From: Penicillus capitatus
Lineage: Eukaryota > Plantae > Chlorophyta
Reading direction: 5' to 3'
DNA: 64,000 nucleotides
Assembly (NCBI GenBank): GCA_965649825.1
Contig: OZ287716.1
Coordinates: 17,678 to 81,677, forward strand
Position numbers and translations under genes: made by a program. Position 1 is the first letter of the stretch. Each line of letters starts with the position of its first letter. The notes beneath the pieces are model-generated. The model was not told the DNA's origin and made no database searches. It saw only the letters and a list, made by a program, of their open reading frames with translations. Shown here piece by piece: positions 51,969 to 63,380 of this stretch.

Positions 51969-53384
51969 GGCCGCCTCGGTTGCCGAGCGCGGCCTGCGGC
52001 TGGCGGCTGGGAACCGTGGCCGTTTGGCGGCGTTGCATGCGCCGCCGGACAAAGAATCGGCCGCCAGACCTCTAGAGAGGCAGAGTACTGTCGTCGGGAT
52101 GCGCGTCGCGAGAGGGAGAGCGCTTCCGGAAGCTTAGCGAAGTGTTTTACAGGCGAAATTCCTTACAGTTTGTCCGTGTTCTCCGCTCTGAGTGTAACGC
52201 GCATGCGTTCTCTGCGGCCGTTTCGGCGCGGATCTCCGAACGGCCAACCGCTCGAGTCAGCTCCGCGTTGCCTGAGCAGAGGAACGCGGCGGGCGTTCTC
52301 TTTTGCAGAAGCGGCAAGGACTCTACGTCTGGACGGCCGTCTGCTCCGGGCGCCTCCGTCGCAAACGCCGTCGAGAGAGCGTTTTGCGCGGTGTAACGCG
52401 AGTCGGTTCCATGAACTGTCGACGGCCCTAACTCCCTCGAGCATGGAAGGCCGAACCGAACGACGCCTTCTGCGAGAACCAGACGGCCACGGAGTCGTCG
52501 TCTCAGTTCATGCTCGCGCACAGCGTCGAGGTAGCGTTTTGGAGGACGCCGTTCGCTGCGATCGACGCAGTCGGTCGCTTTCTATGACAGCTGTGCATGA
52601 CTGCTGCTTTGTCTGCCAAGCCAGCCATTGGGACTGTTTCGAGGATCACGTGTGCGACGGCACTGTTGATCGCGGTCGGGGCCAGTTGCGATCCGATGCC
52701 ACCGCCTACCTTCTCTCCGGCGTATTCCACTGTGCAGAGCGCACCAAAGAGGCAGATTGCCACAGGAAAGGGATGGCATGCTGCTGCGTCCTCGTTCGAA
52801 TCGTCTATGCCGTTCCGTTCTAGTGTCCTGCGAGTACTGATGCTGTGGTGGCTGTGACGGAGATTGTCCGTCTTCCGTTCGGAGACCGCTTAGCGAAAAC
52901 CTCTGTAATGAAAGACGAGCATCTACCGCCGAGTGTTCTGCGCGCGGACGTTCTGGGAAGATGTCGTCAGTGCTGTCCACGTGCTCTTGGTCGGTAAGTG
53001 CACTGTGTGGAATGCATGAACGGCAGAGACTGTAGTCACACCTGCTCTTGGCTCTGCCGTTTGGACTGTGATTCGGCATTCCTCGCAGAACACCGAGATG
53101 CCTGTCGACGTCGGCGCGTTGGACCGAGACCGAGGAATGCATCCGCATAACAAAGCGTCCTCGAAACAACGGTGCGAGAGAACATACATTACGTGATGCG
53201 GCTCTGCAGACGGTAAAACGATTTCAGATGCGAGAGAGTTTGTTCGGATGCTAAAAGAATGCGACTGTCCACTCCTCGATGTTTCGGCTGGCAAATCGAG
53301 ACGAGACAGAAAGGGATGAATCCAATCGTGGATTCAGTTCCTACCTTTCACTGCATCTACGCGAGCACCCTGCACAGAGAACGG

Positions 53385-54104
53385 ATGGATCTCGATATCT
53401 TTACGAGGCCAACACCTCCTGCGCTGAGAGCACGACGATTGACCGGTGAGTAGGTAGAGAAGCGAGAGATGCAAGGACATCTGGAAAGAGCTAACGCCGA
53501 CCTCGCTGAACGCATGCCTCACTTTAAGGAATGAACAGCGAAAACGAGCACGTGGCGAGAGAGCATGCTTCGATCGTTCGAGAACTGAAAAACAATGTGC
53601 ATCCCTGTGTCTCTCGTGTCGACGAATCGCGAATAATATGGCGTGCCTGCCTGCTTGCATGATCAGATTCTACAAGAGGAACTCAGGACGCGAGAAATGG
53701 AGATACGATTCGTCGCTGTCGCGCAAGAGAGTCTCGCCATGGTTCGTGATTTACTCGACCGAGCGACGCAAGAGATCGACGTCATTGGCAACGTGATGCG
53801 ACAGACTGTCATCAATACGAGCGAGCACCTGTCCCATCACGCGATACCTGAGGGAGAGGGCTCTGTGAATCTGTTGTGTAAATGTCTTCGCTTACCGCCG
53901 ACAGGACGACTTCGTCTGTTTCTTTGGACGTTTCGTCGATCGCCTCCATCACCAATCCCGCCGAAGTGGCCAAACTGCTCAATGATGTCATCCACGAAGA
54001 AAGGACAGTCGGCGGACAGCTGGAGGAGATGCTGCAGAGGCACAACGCTTTCGAGGACATGCTTCGAAGCGTTGTCCACGAGACTGAAGAAGTATTCGAT
54101 GTGA
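53385..54104 (+). CDS. Hypothetical small coiled-coil protein upstream of, and possibly overlapping, COG4
   Basis: ATG at 53385 plus two plausible GT-AG introns lead into ORF 53643-54104 (QEELRTREMEIRFVAVAQESLAMVRDLLDRATQEI). 3' end unresolved. Confidence 0.3.
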
Positions 54105-56593
54105 CATCCGCTTCGGTGGACAGTGAGAGTGGCCCAGGTCTTGGAGGTCGTCCATGCAGATGCTGAGCAGATGCTGAACTACGTGGAGGACGCATCGCAT
54201 GTGGCAGAAGGTATCAGTCACACCGTCAAAGCACTCGACACGACACAGTCGAATGTCAAAGCTGCCCTGGATCATATCAAACTGCTGACGGATCGGTCGA
54301 GATTCTGCTACGCGGCATCCCACACTGATTACTGGTTGGTTGGTGTGCAGGAGTTCCTGTGTTCTGCGTCTGCGCGAGAGCATGGACAAAGGGGAATACG
54401 AATCTGCTGCCGAGTGCATTGCCCGATTTCGCTCGTTGGAGAACGAACTCGCTCAACCGCCTGAGACACATCAGCGACAGGTGGCGACTCCTGCATGTTC
54501 TCTCTGGGTTTTGGATCATGGGTCCCGAAGATGGTGGAGGAATCTAAGACGATCTTGCTGGATCTCGTACGCAATCTCTTGAATAAGGCTGTCCAGAAGG
54601 ATGATACCGATGCTGTCCTGCGATTCACGATGCTCTTTCTACCTTTGGAAAGACGAGAGGAGGGATGTCAGCTCTTCTCTGGATATCTCAGAACGCGAGT
54701 GGCACGAACGGGCCATGAAGCTTACCAGAAGCTCTCGGCGGCGTTAGAGTCGCGCTCGGCAGCTTCGCCCTTTGTCGGCCATCTTTCAGATCTCTTTCGT
54801 TTCGTGGCTGTCGCCGCTGACAGTCATCAACAAGTTTGGACGCCGTCATGCGTGCCATCCATACATAAGTTTCAGACGGCAGGTTTTCGTGGATGCATTT
54901 GGCAAAGATGCTGCTTTGGACACGATGCTGCACCTGCACAATGAGTGCGATGCGTACGGATGCCGTATCTTGAAGAGATTCCTGGAAGAGCGAAATCTGA
55001 CGAGGATCGTTCAAGACATCCGTCTACACAGAAAGAAAGAACTCAGTAAGTGCTTGACAAAACATCCATGCTTCTCATTCAAAGTGCTGACAACCAACAG
55101 GAGCCGTCAGTGGAGCCGCCTCCAGTCTGGATCCAAGAAACGCGGAAACCAATTTGCTTGAGATTCTGGGTCTGGTGCGGCGATGTGAGGAGTACAACGA
55201 TCTCATGACGAACAAAGTGCATGACGTTTCGCATCCACATCCTCCAACACCATCCAAGTCGGATTCAATCTCCGTGGTTCTCTCTGAATCCGACTGTCAG
55301 GCTATCCGAGCTGCGTGAGAGTCAGATCGGTTCGCTCAGTCGCGAACTGTCTGGCTATTATGTCACTCTCGAAGAGTTCTACATGGAGGAGACCGTCAAG
55401 AAGGCCATCAGCATCAACAAGCAGGTCTGTCTCGGTATCCATGCACTTGGCCGGGGCTCAGGGGTGGGTGGTGGATGGCTGTTAGATTTCTGGCGGCTTG
55501 GTGACTTCTATGGTGGACGACGTTTTCTTCATCGCCCGCAAGAGCGCCATGCGTGCCATCTCTTCGCACAATGTCCCTTGCGTCTGTGCCGTGATGTCTT
55601 TGATGAACAGCCTCTTGACGAAGGATTACTTCGCCGCGCTGCAGAAATCGAACAACAACGGACCGACCTCCTTCCTCCACGCCATCCTTTCCGATCAAGA
55701 GGTCAGCCGCACAACGCACACCGCACGCAGAATGGAATCAGGGATCGCAGGCAGGAGAGGAAGTGCAGTCGTTCAGTCTGTTTCTGAACAACTTGCGCGT
55801 TTCGTTAACATACGCGACAAAGCTGAAGTCCGAACTGGAGGCGCATATCGCAGATGCGTTCCAGATCTCGAACGAAAGGGAAATCGCATCTTCGCTCTTG
55901 GGTGCGCTTCCAGAACAACAGCATCAACGTTCAGAACGAGACGAGTGTGAATCGACAGATGATCTGGAGACGATGGTCAGTGGCCTTGAGCGTCTGCTCT
56001 CTGCCAAGAGTGGCCATCTTAGCGACGCCATGATGGCAAAGCTCATGCCAGTCTTTCAAGAGATCGCAAGCATGGACTATCAACTCAATGAGACGACGTT
56101 CGAGCAGCTCGCCGACAGCGAGACCTGGGCCCATCGCATTGTCGCCGCTGTTCGCAGCTTCTCGGCAGCTCTCGAGGCGGTGTTCGTCCCCGACAACCAC
56201 TCAGAGGTCACGCGCTCGCTTCTCCGGAAAGAGAAGAGACTCTATCGCGTTGCGCAGATCCTGAATCGCGTGCTGCAGTCATTTGTCTCCAGATGTGAAG
56301 CTTACTTCATGCAGAAGACGTTTAACCAGTTAGGAGGCCTTCAGTTCGACAAAGACATCCGACTGCTACTTTCGCACTTCTCCGAGATCTACCAGAGCTC
56401 AGTCCGAGAGAGATTCGCACGTCTGACGCAGACGGCTACCATTCTGTGCTTCGAGAGCGTGGAGGAGATGTTGGATTACTGGGGAGATGAAGGAGAGAGC
56501 ATCAATTGGCGATTGAGTCCAGCCGAAATCAAAACCATTCTTAAACTGCGCAACGATTTTAGCGAGGCCGACATCTCAGCTTTGTTGCTGTAA
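53882..56593 (+). CDS. COG4: Conserved oligomeric Golgi complex subunit 4
   Basis: AKLLNDVIHEERT, VKALDTTQSNV, YYVTLEEFYMEETVKKAI, TSMVDDVFFIARKS, FNQLGGLQFDKDIR, VRERFARLTQ and WRLSPAEIKTILKLRNDF. Confidence 0.93.
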
Positions 56594-56595
56594 GA

Positions 56596-57584
56596 ATGCT
56601 TTCTGCTCCATCCCTAGTGCCTGGCGACGACGCGAGTCGACGTCAAGAGATCGACCGAACCTTACAGCGCCTGGCGGAACTGCGAGCACAACCTGAACAG
56701 AGTATCAAGGCCTGTCGCGATGGGTGGGTGCACGCACGACAGCTGTCTCGTCCATCTAGGTCCCTGTGAATGCGGCCGGATTCTTTGAAGGTCGGGTGCT
56801 GCACGCAGAACGTGTTTTCGTCGATCTTGGCTGTCAATACGTAGCAGAGTGCTCGGCAGATCAAGCTGATGCCATTCTCACACGCAGGCGACATTCCCTG
56901 GGTTTCCCTCCCTGTCAGACTTGACGGAGATGACTTGCTCCTTGCAGAGCCACCGGAGGAAACCTGCATGTCTGAAGAAGCCGATGCGTGCCAAGCGAGT
57001 GGAGCAGCCATGCAAGCCATGTCGACTGAACGAGGTCACCGATTGCAGGCGGAGATCTCTTCTGTGCGATTGCCTTTTGCCTTCAGAGATGAAGAGTGAC
57101 ATGACAGATGATGAAATCGAATCGATGCTGGAATCGCTGGAGAGACTCGAGAAAGAGACCGAAGCCGAATCTCGGCAAGGTACTTCCACAAAGACAGTCA
57201 GGTGCTTTGACAGAGGAGTTGGTGTCCCCGATAACTAAAGCTGAAAACAAGAAGGGACTGAAGAAAGGATTCCTGCTGCCGAGACAAGAACCAAACGCTC
57301 GGCCATCTGCAAAACCGAAGGCTGTTCACTGCTCTCTCCCCGTTTCTCTCGAATCAGGGACAGCGTCGGCGACGGCGACTGAGCAAAAGGATGAACAACC
57401 CGTCTGCGTCTCGGATACGGTGCGAGAGAGGGACACGCGAACGGAGGAGATCATAGAGGACACTGGCACCGAGAAGGTAGGCATCTCCGCATCGGCCAAT
57501 GTGTAACGGCTCGAAGTTCATTAGACAGACAAGAGGATGTCACTCTTCAAGAAAAGACTGCTCGAAGGACGCCGTAATATATAG
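56596..57584 (+). CDS. URI1: URI1/Bud27-like unconventional prefoldin (alpha type)
   Basis: QSIK|VPVNAAGFFEGRVLHAERVFVDLGCQYVAECSADQADAILTRR (prefoldin alpha), an acidic middle, LKKGFL and C-terminal KRMSLFK. Confidence 0.72.
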
Positions 57585-57755
57585 TTCCTCATCTGTCATG
57601 GCTTCTCACGGACAAGAGTAAAATGCTCACGGGGAAAGGCGCACTCCGCTGCTTGGGTCTTGATAAATAAGGTTGACGACTAAAATATCGTCGGACACAA
57701 GTTGACTGGCAGAGAGCACGAAGCACAACGCTGCACAAACCTGTTCTGAAAGTAC

Positions 57756-58712
57756 ATGTTTTCGATTCGGCGATATCCAACGGTCGACCCGTCAGACGTT
57801 TCGCGTTTGGCTTCTATCTGTCTGTGGCATCTTGCGCGTCTGCATACGCAATCCAGGGAAGCACACAGTAAGCTTCTCGCGGTACCTTTGCTCGGTATCC
57901 ATTCCAACACTCAAAGATGCGTATTGGCGACAAAAAATGAGAAGCTTCTGAAGTGCGAAACTGCAAGGTAACCGCATGCGAGGCTCTTATAAACGAACGG
58001 GTGCTCTTCGTTGTAACAATGTCTGCGGCTGCTGCTTTGTGTCCTCCACCAGAAATCTCGTGACTATTACTGCGACGCTTGACTGTGCAATTACCAACAT
58101 CCTGTGCCCTTTCACCGACACCTGGCGACGCGCCGTCACCTGTCTCCGTGTTCAGAGATGTCTCTTGCGCAAGGTCTGACGCAAAAGTGTCGTGCTCTTG
58201 CCTGAGACTGCGTTCTGTCGCTGCGCAGTGATTCTACTGCTGCTGTGCGCTGTCCTTCTCGCGTCGGTTGCCGCCGGAGGGCGACTGGGTCGTCGAGCAC
58301 CACTTTCCGTCCGGACCTGGCAATGATACCATCGTGCTGCAGGCACACAGCATTCTGAAGCTCCGAAAGGAAGCCACTCCATACGTGTACACAGGTGAGG
58401 AAAGGGAGCATCTCTCATGGACGTGGAAACCACCGAATCGGTTTTTGCATTCTAGGCTACGGTGCGGGCATCTGGACCAATCCCCAGAGTCCCCTGTTCC
58501 CAGCAGACAACCCTTTGACATGCAAACTGATAGGACTCTTCAATACGGACAAATGCGTCCTGTCCGGAGCGATGTTCAATCTTGAAACGACGGCTGTGGA
58601 TGCAGCTCTCTGGATATACGACGCCGAGAAGCTGAGCGGTTCATTCACCACAAGGCATAACGGATCTGCGATGCTCACCGCACTGAGTCATCATGTTATC
58701 AATCCCCTTTGA
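57756..58712 (+). CDS. Hypothetical spliced protein
   Basis: Consecutive ORFs joined by canonical introns, e.g. CETAR|NLVT and VYT|GYGAGIWTNPQSPLF. No family recognised. Confidence 0.4.
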
Positions 58713-59444
58713 ATCCATTGCTGAGATGTGTGTCGGTTTCGTTGATCAGTTTTCATCTTGCTTCTCCATGCAGCAGCCATTACTGCTCCCTTGATATGCT
58801 TTGTTACTGCCCATCAGCTTGCCGAAAGTTGCTGACCCAGATGCATACCGACGACTGAAGCAAGGAACCGCAGTCGGTTGTCGTGCGCATCGAGTTCCTA
58901 TTCATCGATGACTGGATGAGCGAGCGTACTTTCAGCTGGCACAGTCTACGACAGCCATCTCCTGCATTTTCTAAGACTGCAAAGTTGCTCCTAACGTTGT
59001 GAACTGTACTTCATCAGGTCGATATACCTTGTCCATTCTGACGCTGTGTTTCTGATTGTTTGCATACGGAAGCCGGCACACGTACATTGAACGTTGACAT
59101 CGCACACATTACACCATACAAATATTGTAAAAGTCGACACCGTTTCAAGATTTTTTTGTTGCATTTCGACGCGAATCAGCACACACGGACTCTTCACAAG
59201 TGCAGCATCTTCAAAGCTGACCAGATCTAGAACGACAGAAAGGTCAGAGATCCGAACAACGAACAAAGGGAAGGACTCACTGTCTTCATGTCACTGAACG
59301 ATTCAACGGCATCTCCTTGGCATAGACAGCCTTCAAGCCGACAGGTACACGGGCCTTGCCTCAGAAAAGACGACCTCTGAAACGGATCTTTCGGCAGAGA
59401 AAAAAGATTTTCTTGCAGCAACACAAGCAAGATGACGTATATCC

Positions 59445-62030
59445 TCCAGCAGCCGCCAGACAAAGAAAGGGCTAGGTGCCCACGGCGGACTTCAGCGGCC
59501 GCCAGGCTGAGGGCTAGGTGCCCACGACGGCTTCTCTCAACCGCCAGATGTCAAGTAGGACGCCGCCACGACGGCCTTGAGTGGCTGAGAAAGCGTCCAG
59601 TAGCGGCAGGAGATAGAGTAGCACGCCCACGACAGCCAATGCGCCGCCGCCAGACGTCAGGTAGGACGCCGCCACGGCGGCCTCTAGTGGCCGAGAAAGC
59701 ATCCAGTAGCAGCAGGTGATAGAGTAGGACGCCCACGACGGCTTTTCTCAACCGCCAGACGTCGGGATGATCATTTCTGACGGCCTCTCTCGGCCGCCAG
59801 ACGTCGGGATGATCATTTCTGACGGCCTCTCTCGGCCGCCAGACGTCGGGATGATCATTTCTGACGGCCTCTCTCGGCCGCCAGACGTCGGGATGATCAT
59901 TTCTGACGGCCTCTCTCGGCCGCCAGACGTCGGGATGATCATTTCTGACGGCCTCCACCGGCCGCCAGACGTCGGGATGATCATTTCTGACGGCCTCCAT
60001 CGGCCGCCAGACGTCGGGATGATCATTTCTGACGGCCTCCACTGGCCGCCAGACGTCGGGATGATCATTTCTGACGGCCTCCATCGGCCGCCAGACGTCG
60101 GGATGATCATTTCTGACGGCCTCCATCGGCCGCCAGACGTCGGGATGATCATTTCTGACGGCCTCCACTGGCCGCCAGACTGAGAGCTAGGTGCCCATGG
60201 CAGACTCCAGCGGTCGCCAGACCGAGGGCTACCAGCCCACGGGGGTTCTCTCGGCCGCCAAACGTCGGGCAGAGATCTTCGCTGACGGCCTCCACTAGCC
60301 ACCAGATGTCGGGAAGTATATGGCTGACGGCCTCCAGTGGCCGCCAGACAATAGAGCTAGGAGTTCCCCACAGGGGCTTCTCTCGGCCGCCAGATGTCGA
60401 GCAGGTGCCCACGGCGGCCCCTCTCGGCCGCCAAAAGAAGAAAGGGCTAGGTTCCCACGGCGGCTTCTCTCAGCCGCCAGACGTCGGGAAGATCATTTCT
60501 GACGGCCTCCACTGGCCGCCAGACGTTGGGCTAGGAGGTGCCCACGACGGCTTCTCTCAGCCGCCAGACAATAGGGCTATAAGCCCAGGATGGCCTCTCA
60601 CGGCCGCCAGACAATAGGGCTATAAGCCCAGGATGGCCTCTCACGGCCGCCAGATGTCGGGATGATCATTTCTAACGGCCTCCCTCGGCCGCCAGATGTC
60701 AGAAAGGTCATGGCTGACGACCTCTCTCGGCCGCCAGACAAAGAAAGGGCAGGTGCCCATGGCGGCTTCTCTCAGCCGCCAGACGTCGGGAAGATCATTT
60801 CTGATGGCCTCCACTGGCCGCCAGACGTCGGGATGATCATTTCTGACGGCCTCCACTGGCCGCCAGACATAGGGCTAGGCGCCCACGACGGCTTCTCTCG
60901 GCCGCCAGACGTCGGGAAGGACATGGCTGACGGCCGCCACTGGCCGCTAGACAATAGGGCGAGGAGGTGCCCACGACGGCTTCTCTTGGCCGCCAGACGC
61001 CAGGAAGGATATGGCTGACGACCTCTCTCGGCCGCCAGATGTGGGCAGGTTATCGCTGACGGCCTCCACTGGCCGCCAGACATAGGGCTAGGCTCCCACG
61101 ACGGCTTCTCTCGGCCGCCAGATGTGGATAGGTCATAACTGACGGCCTCCACTGGCCGCCAGACATAGGGCAGAGTGCCCACGACGGCTTCTCTCGGCCG
61201 CCAGATGTGGATAGGTCATAACTGACGGCCTCCACTGGCCGCCAGACATAGGGCAGAGTGCCCACCACGGCTTCTCTCGGCCGCCAGATGTGGCTAGGTC
61301 ATAACTGACGGCCTCCACTGGCCGCCAGACATAGGGCAGAGTGCCCACCACGGCTTCTCTCGGCCGCCAGATGTGGCTAGGTCATGGCTGGCGGCCTCCA
61401 CTGGCCGCCAGACATAGGGCAGAGTGCCCACGACGGCTTCTCTCGGCCGCCAGATGTGGATAGGTCATAACTGACGGCCTCCACTGGCCGCCAGACATAG
61501 GGCAGAGTGCCCACCACGGCTTCTCTCGGCCGCCAGATGTGGCTAGGTCATGGCTGGCGGCCTCCACTGGCCGCCAGACATAGGGCAGAGTGCCCACGAC
61601 GGCTTCTCTCGGCCGCCAGATGTGGCTAGGTCATGGCTGGCGGCCTCCACTGGCCGCCAGACATAGGGCAGAGTGCCCACGACGGCTTCTCTCGGCCGCC
61701 AGATGTGGATAGGTCATAACTGACGGCCTCCACTGGCCGCCAGACAATAGGGCAGGGTGCCCACGATGGCTTCTCTCGGCCACCAGACCGAGGACTAGGC
61801 GCGCCCGCGACGGCTTCTCTCGGCCGCCAAAGGTCGGGCAGAGATCTTCGCTGACGGCCTCTCTCGGCCGCCAGACAATAGGGCTATTAGCCCACGATGG
61901 CCTCTCACGGCCTCCAGACATCGGAATGATCATTTCTGACAGCCTCCACTGGCCTCCAGACGTCAGAAAGGTCATCGCCGACAGCCTTTCTCGGCCACCA
62001 GCAAGCAAAGAGGGAAATGTCAACTGCTCC
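59445..62030. repeat. GC-rich minisatellite array A2: ~20-nt constant core plus 21-26-nt variable segments
   Basis: Core GGC(C/T)TC(T/C)(C/A)(T/C)(C/T)GGCCGCCAGA recurs every ~41-46 nt. There are ten 42-nt units at about 59750-60180 and 83-nt dimers at about 61040-61760. Confidence 0.95.
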
Positions 62031-62960
62031 ACTAGCAGCAAAGAGCGAACAGATCATCAAACACGGCCGCCAGGCCTTCAATGACAGCAAGGTAGGGAAC
62101 AGATCATCAAACACGGCCGCCAGGCCTCCAAAGACAGCAAAGAGCGAACAGATCATCAAACACGGCCGCCAGGCCTCCAAAGACAGCAAAGAGCGAACAG
62201 ATCATCAAACACGGCCGCCAGGCCTCCAAAGACAGCAAAGAGCGAACATATGATCCAGCACGGCCGCCAACCAGGCATTCAATGACAGCAAAGAGATAAA
62301 TATAATCAAGCACGGCCGCCAAGCCTTCAATGACAGCAAGGTAGGGAACAGATCATCCAGCACGGCCGCCAGGCCTTCAATGACAGCAAGGTAGGGAACA
62401 GATCATCCAGCACGGCCGCCAGGCCTTCAATGACAGCAAGGTAGGGAACAGATCATCAAACACGGCCGCCAGGCCTCCAAAGACAGCAAAGAGCGAACAG
62501 ATCATCAAACACGGCCGCCAAGCCTCCAAAGACAGCAAAGAGCGAACAGATCATCAAACACGGCCGCCAACCAGGCATTCAATGACAGCAAAGAGCGAAC
62601 AGATCATCAAACACGGCCGCCAACCAGGCATTCAATGACAGCAAAGAGCGAACATATGATCCAGCATGGCCGCCAACCAGGCCTCCAAAGACAGCAAAGA
62701 GCGAACAGATCATCAAACACGGCCGCCAACCAGGCATTCAATGACAGCAAAGAGCGAACATATGATCCAGCATGGCCGCCAACCAGGCATTCAATGACAG
62801 CAAAGAGCGAACATATGATCCAGCATGGCCGCCAACCAGGTCTCCAAAGACAGCAAAGAGCGAACATATGATCCAGCACGGCCGCCAGGTCTCCAATGAC
62901 AGCAGGGTAGGGAACAGATCATCCAGCACGGCCGCCAGGCCTCCAATGACATCCAGTAAT
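62030..62960. repeat. 49-53-nt tandem array B2
   Basis: Units such as CACGGCCGCCAGGCCTCCAAAGACAGCAAAGAGCGAACAGATCATCAAA and a GGTAGGGAAC variant, repeated across about 0.9 kb. Confidence 0.95.
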
Positions 62961-63380
62961 CTGGTAGGATATCCAGCACGGTTTCCAGCCACCAATCACA
63001 ACGAGACATCGGGTAAGACACGCCAGCCTCCGGGCGGCAAAACAGCAAGTATAGCACAGCAGCCTCCACGTCAGATGCAGCAAATAAAATTCCTACAGCC
63101 TTCAGGTAAAAAACAGTTAAAACAGAGCCACCCACAACAAAGCGGAGGTGGAATGGCAGAGAAACGCGTCGGAAAAAAGAAAACAGCCCCCTTTGCATCT
63201 TTTTTTATTTTTTTTTAATTTTTTGTTTATTATTCAGTCACACTTCAGAGTGTGACTTTTTTATTTTTATTGTTTATTTTTTTTCTCACACAAAAAAAGT
63301 GTGAGATGCTTGAGAAGAAAATAAAAATCTTTGTTTTTTTTAATTTTTATGTCTACCCCCGTGTAGACAGGTTGAAAAAA

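Noticed and set aside
52020-52080. Helitron 3' end (hairpin plus CTAG)
   Set aside because: The hairpin is about 25 nt from CTAG, the next base is A rather than T, and no matching 5' end or RepHel ORF is visible.
47257-52826. CACTA transposon termini (CACTA at about 47257, TAGTG at about 52822)
   Set aside because: The match does not extend beyond 5 nt, the flanking 3-mers differ (TCG vs TCC), and copy 2 has no equivalent.
56590-56617. COG4-URI1 fusion by splicing at GTAAG...CCCTAG
   Set aside because: The intron would be only 28 nt, and splicing it puts URI1 out of frame.
59445-62030. CRISPR array
   Set aside because: The variable segments are homologous to one another and tandemly amplified, the cores vary, there are no cas genes, and the context is eukaryotic nuclear DNA.
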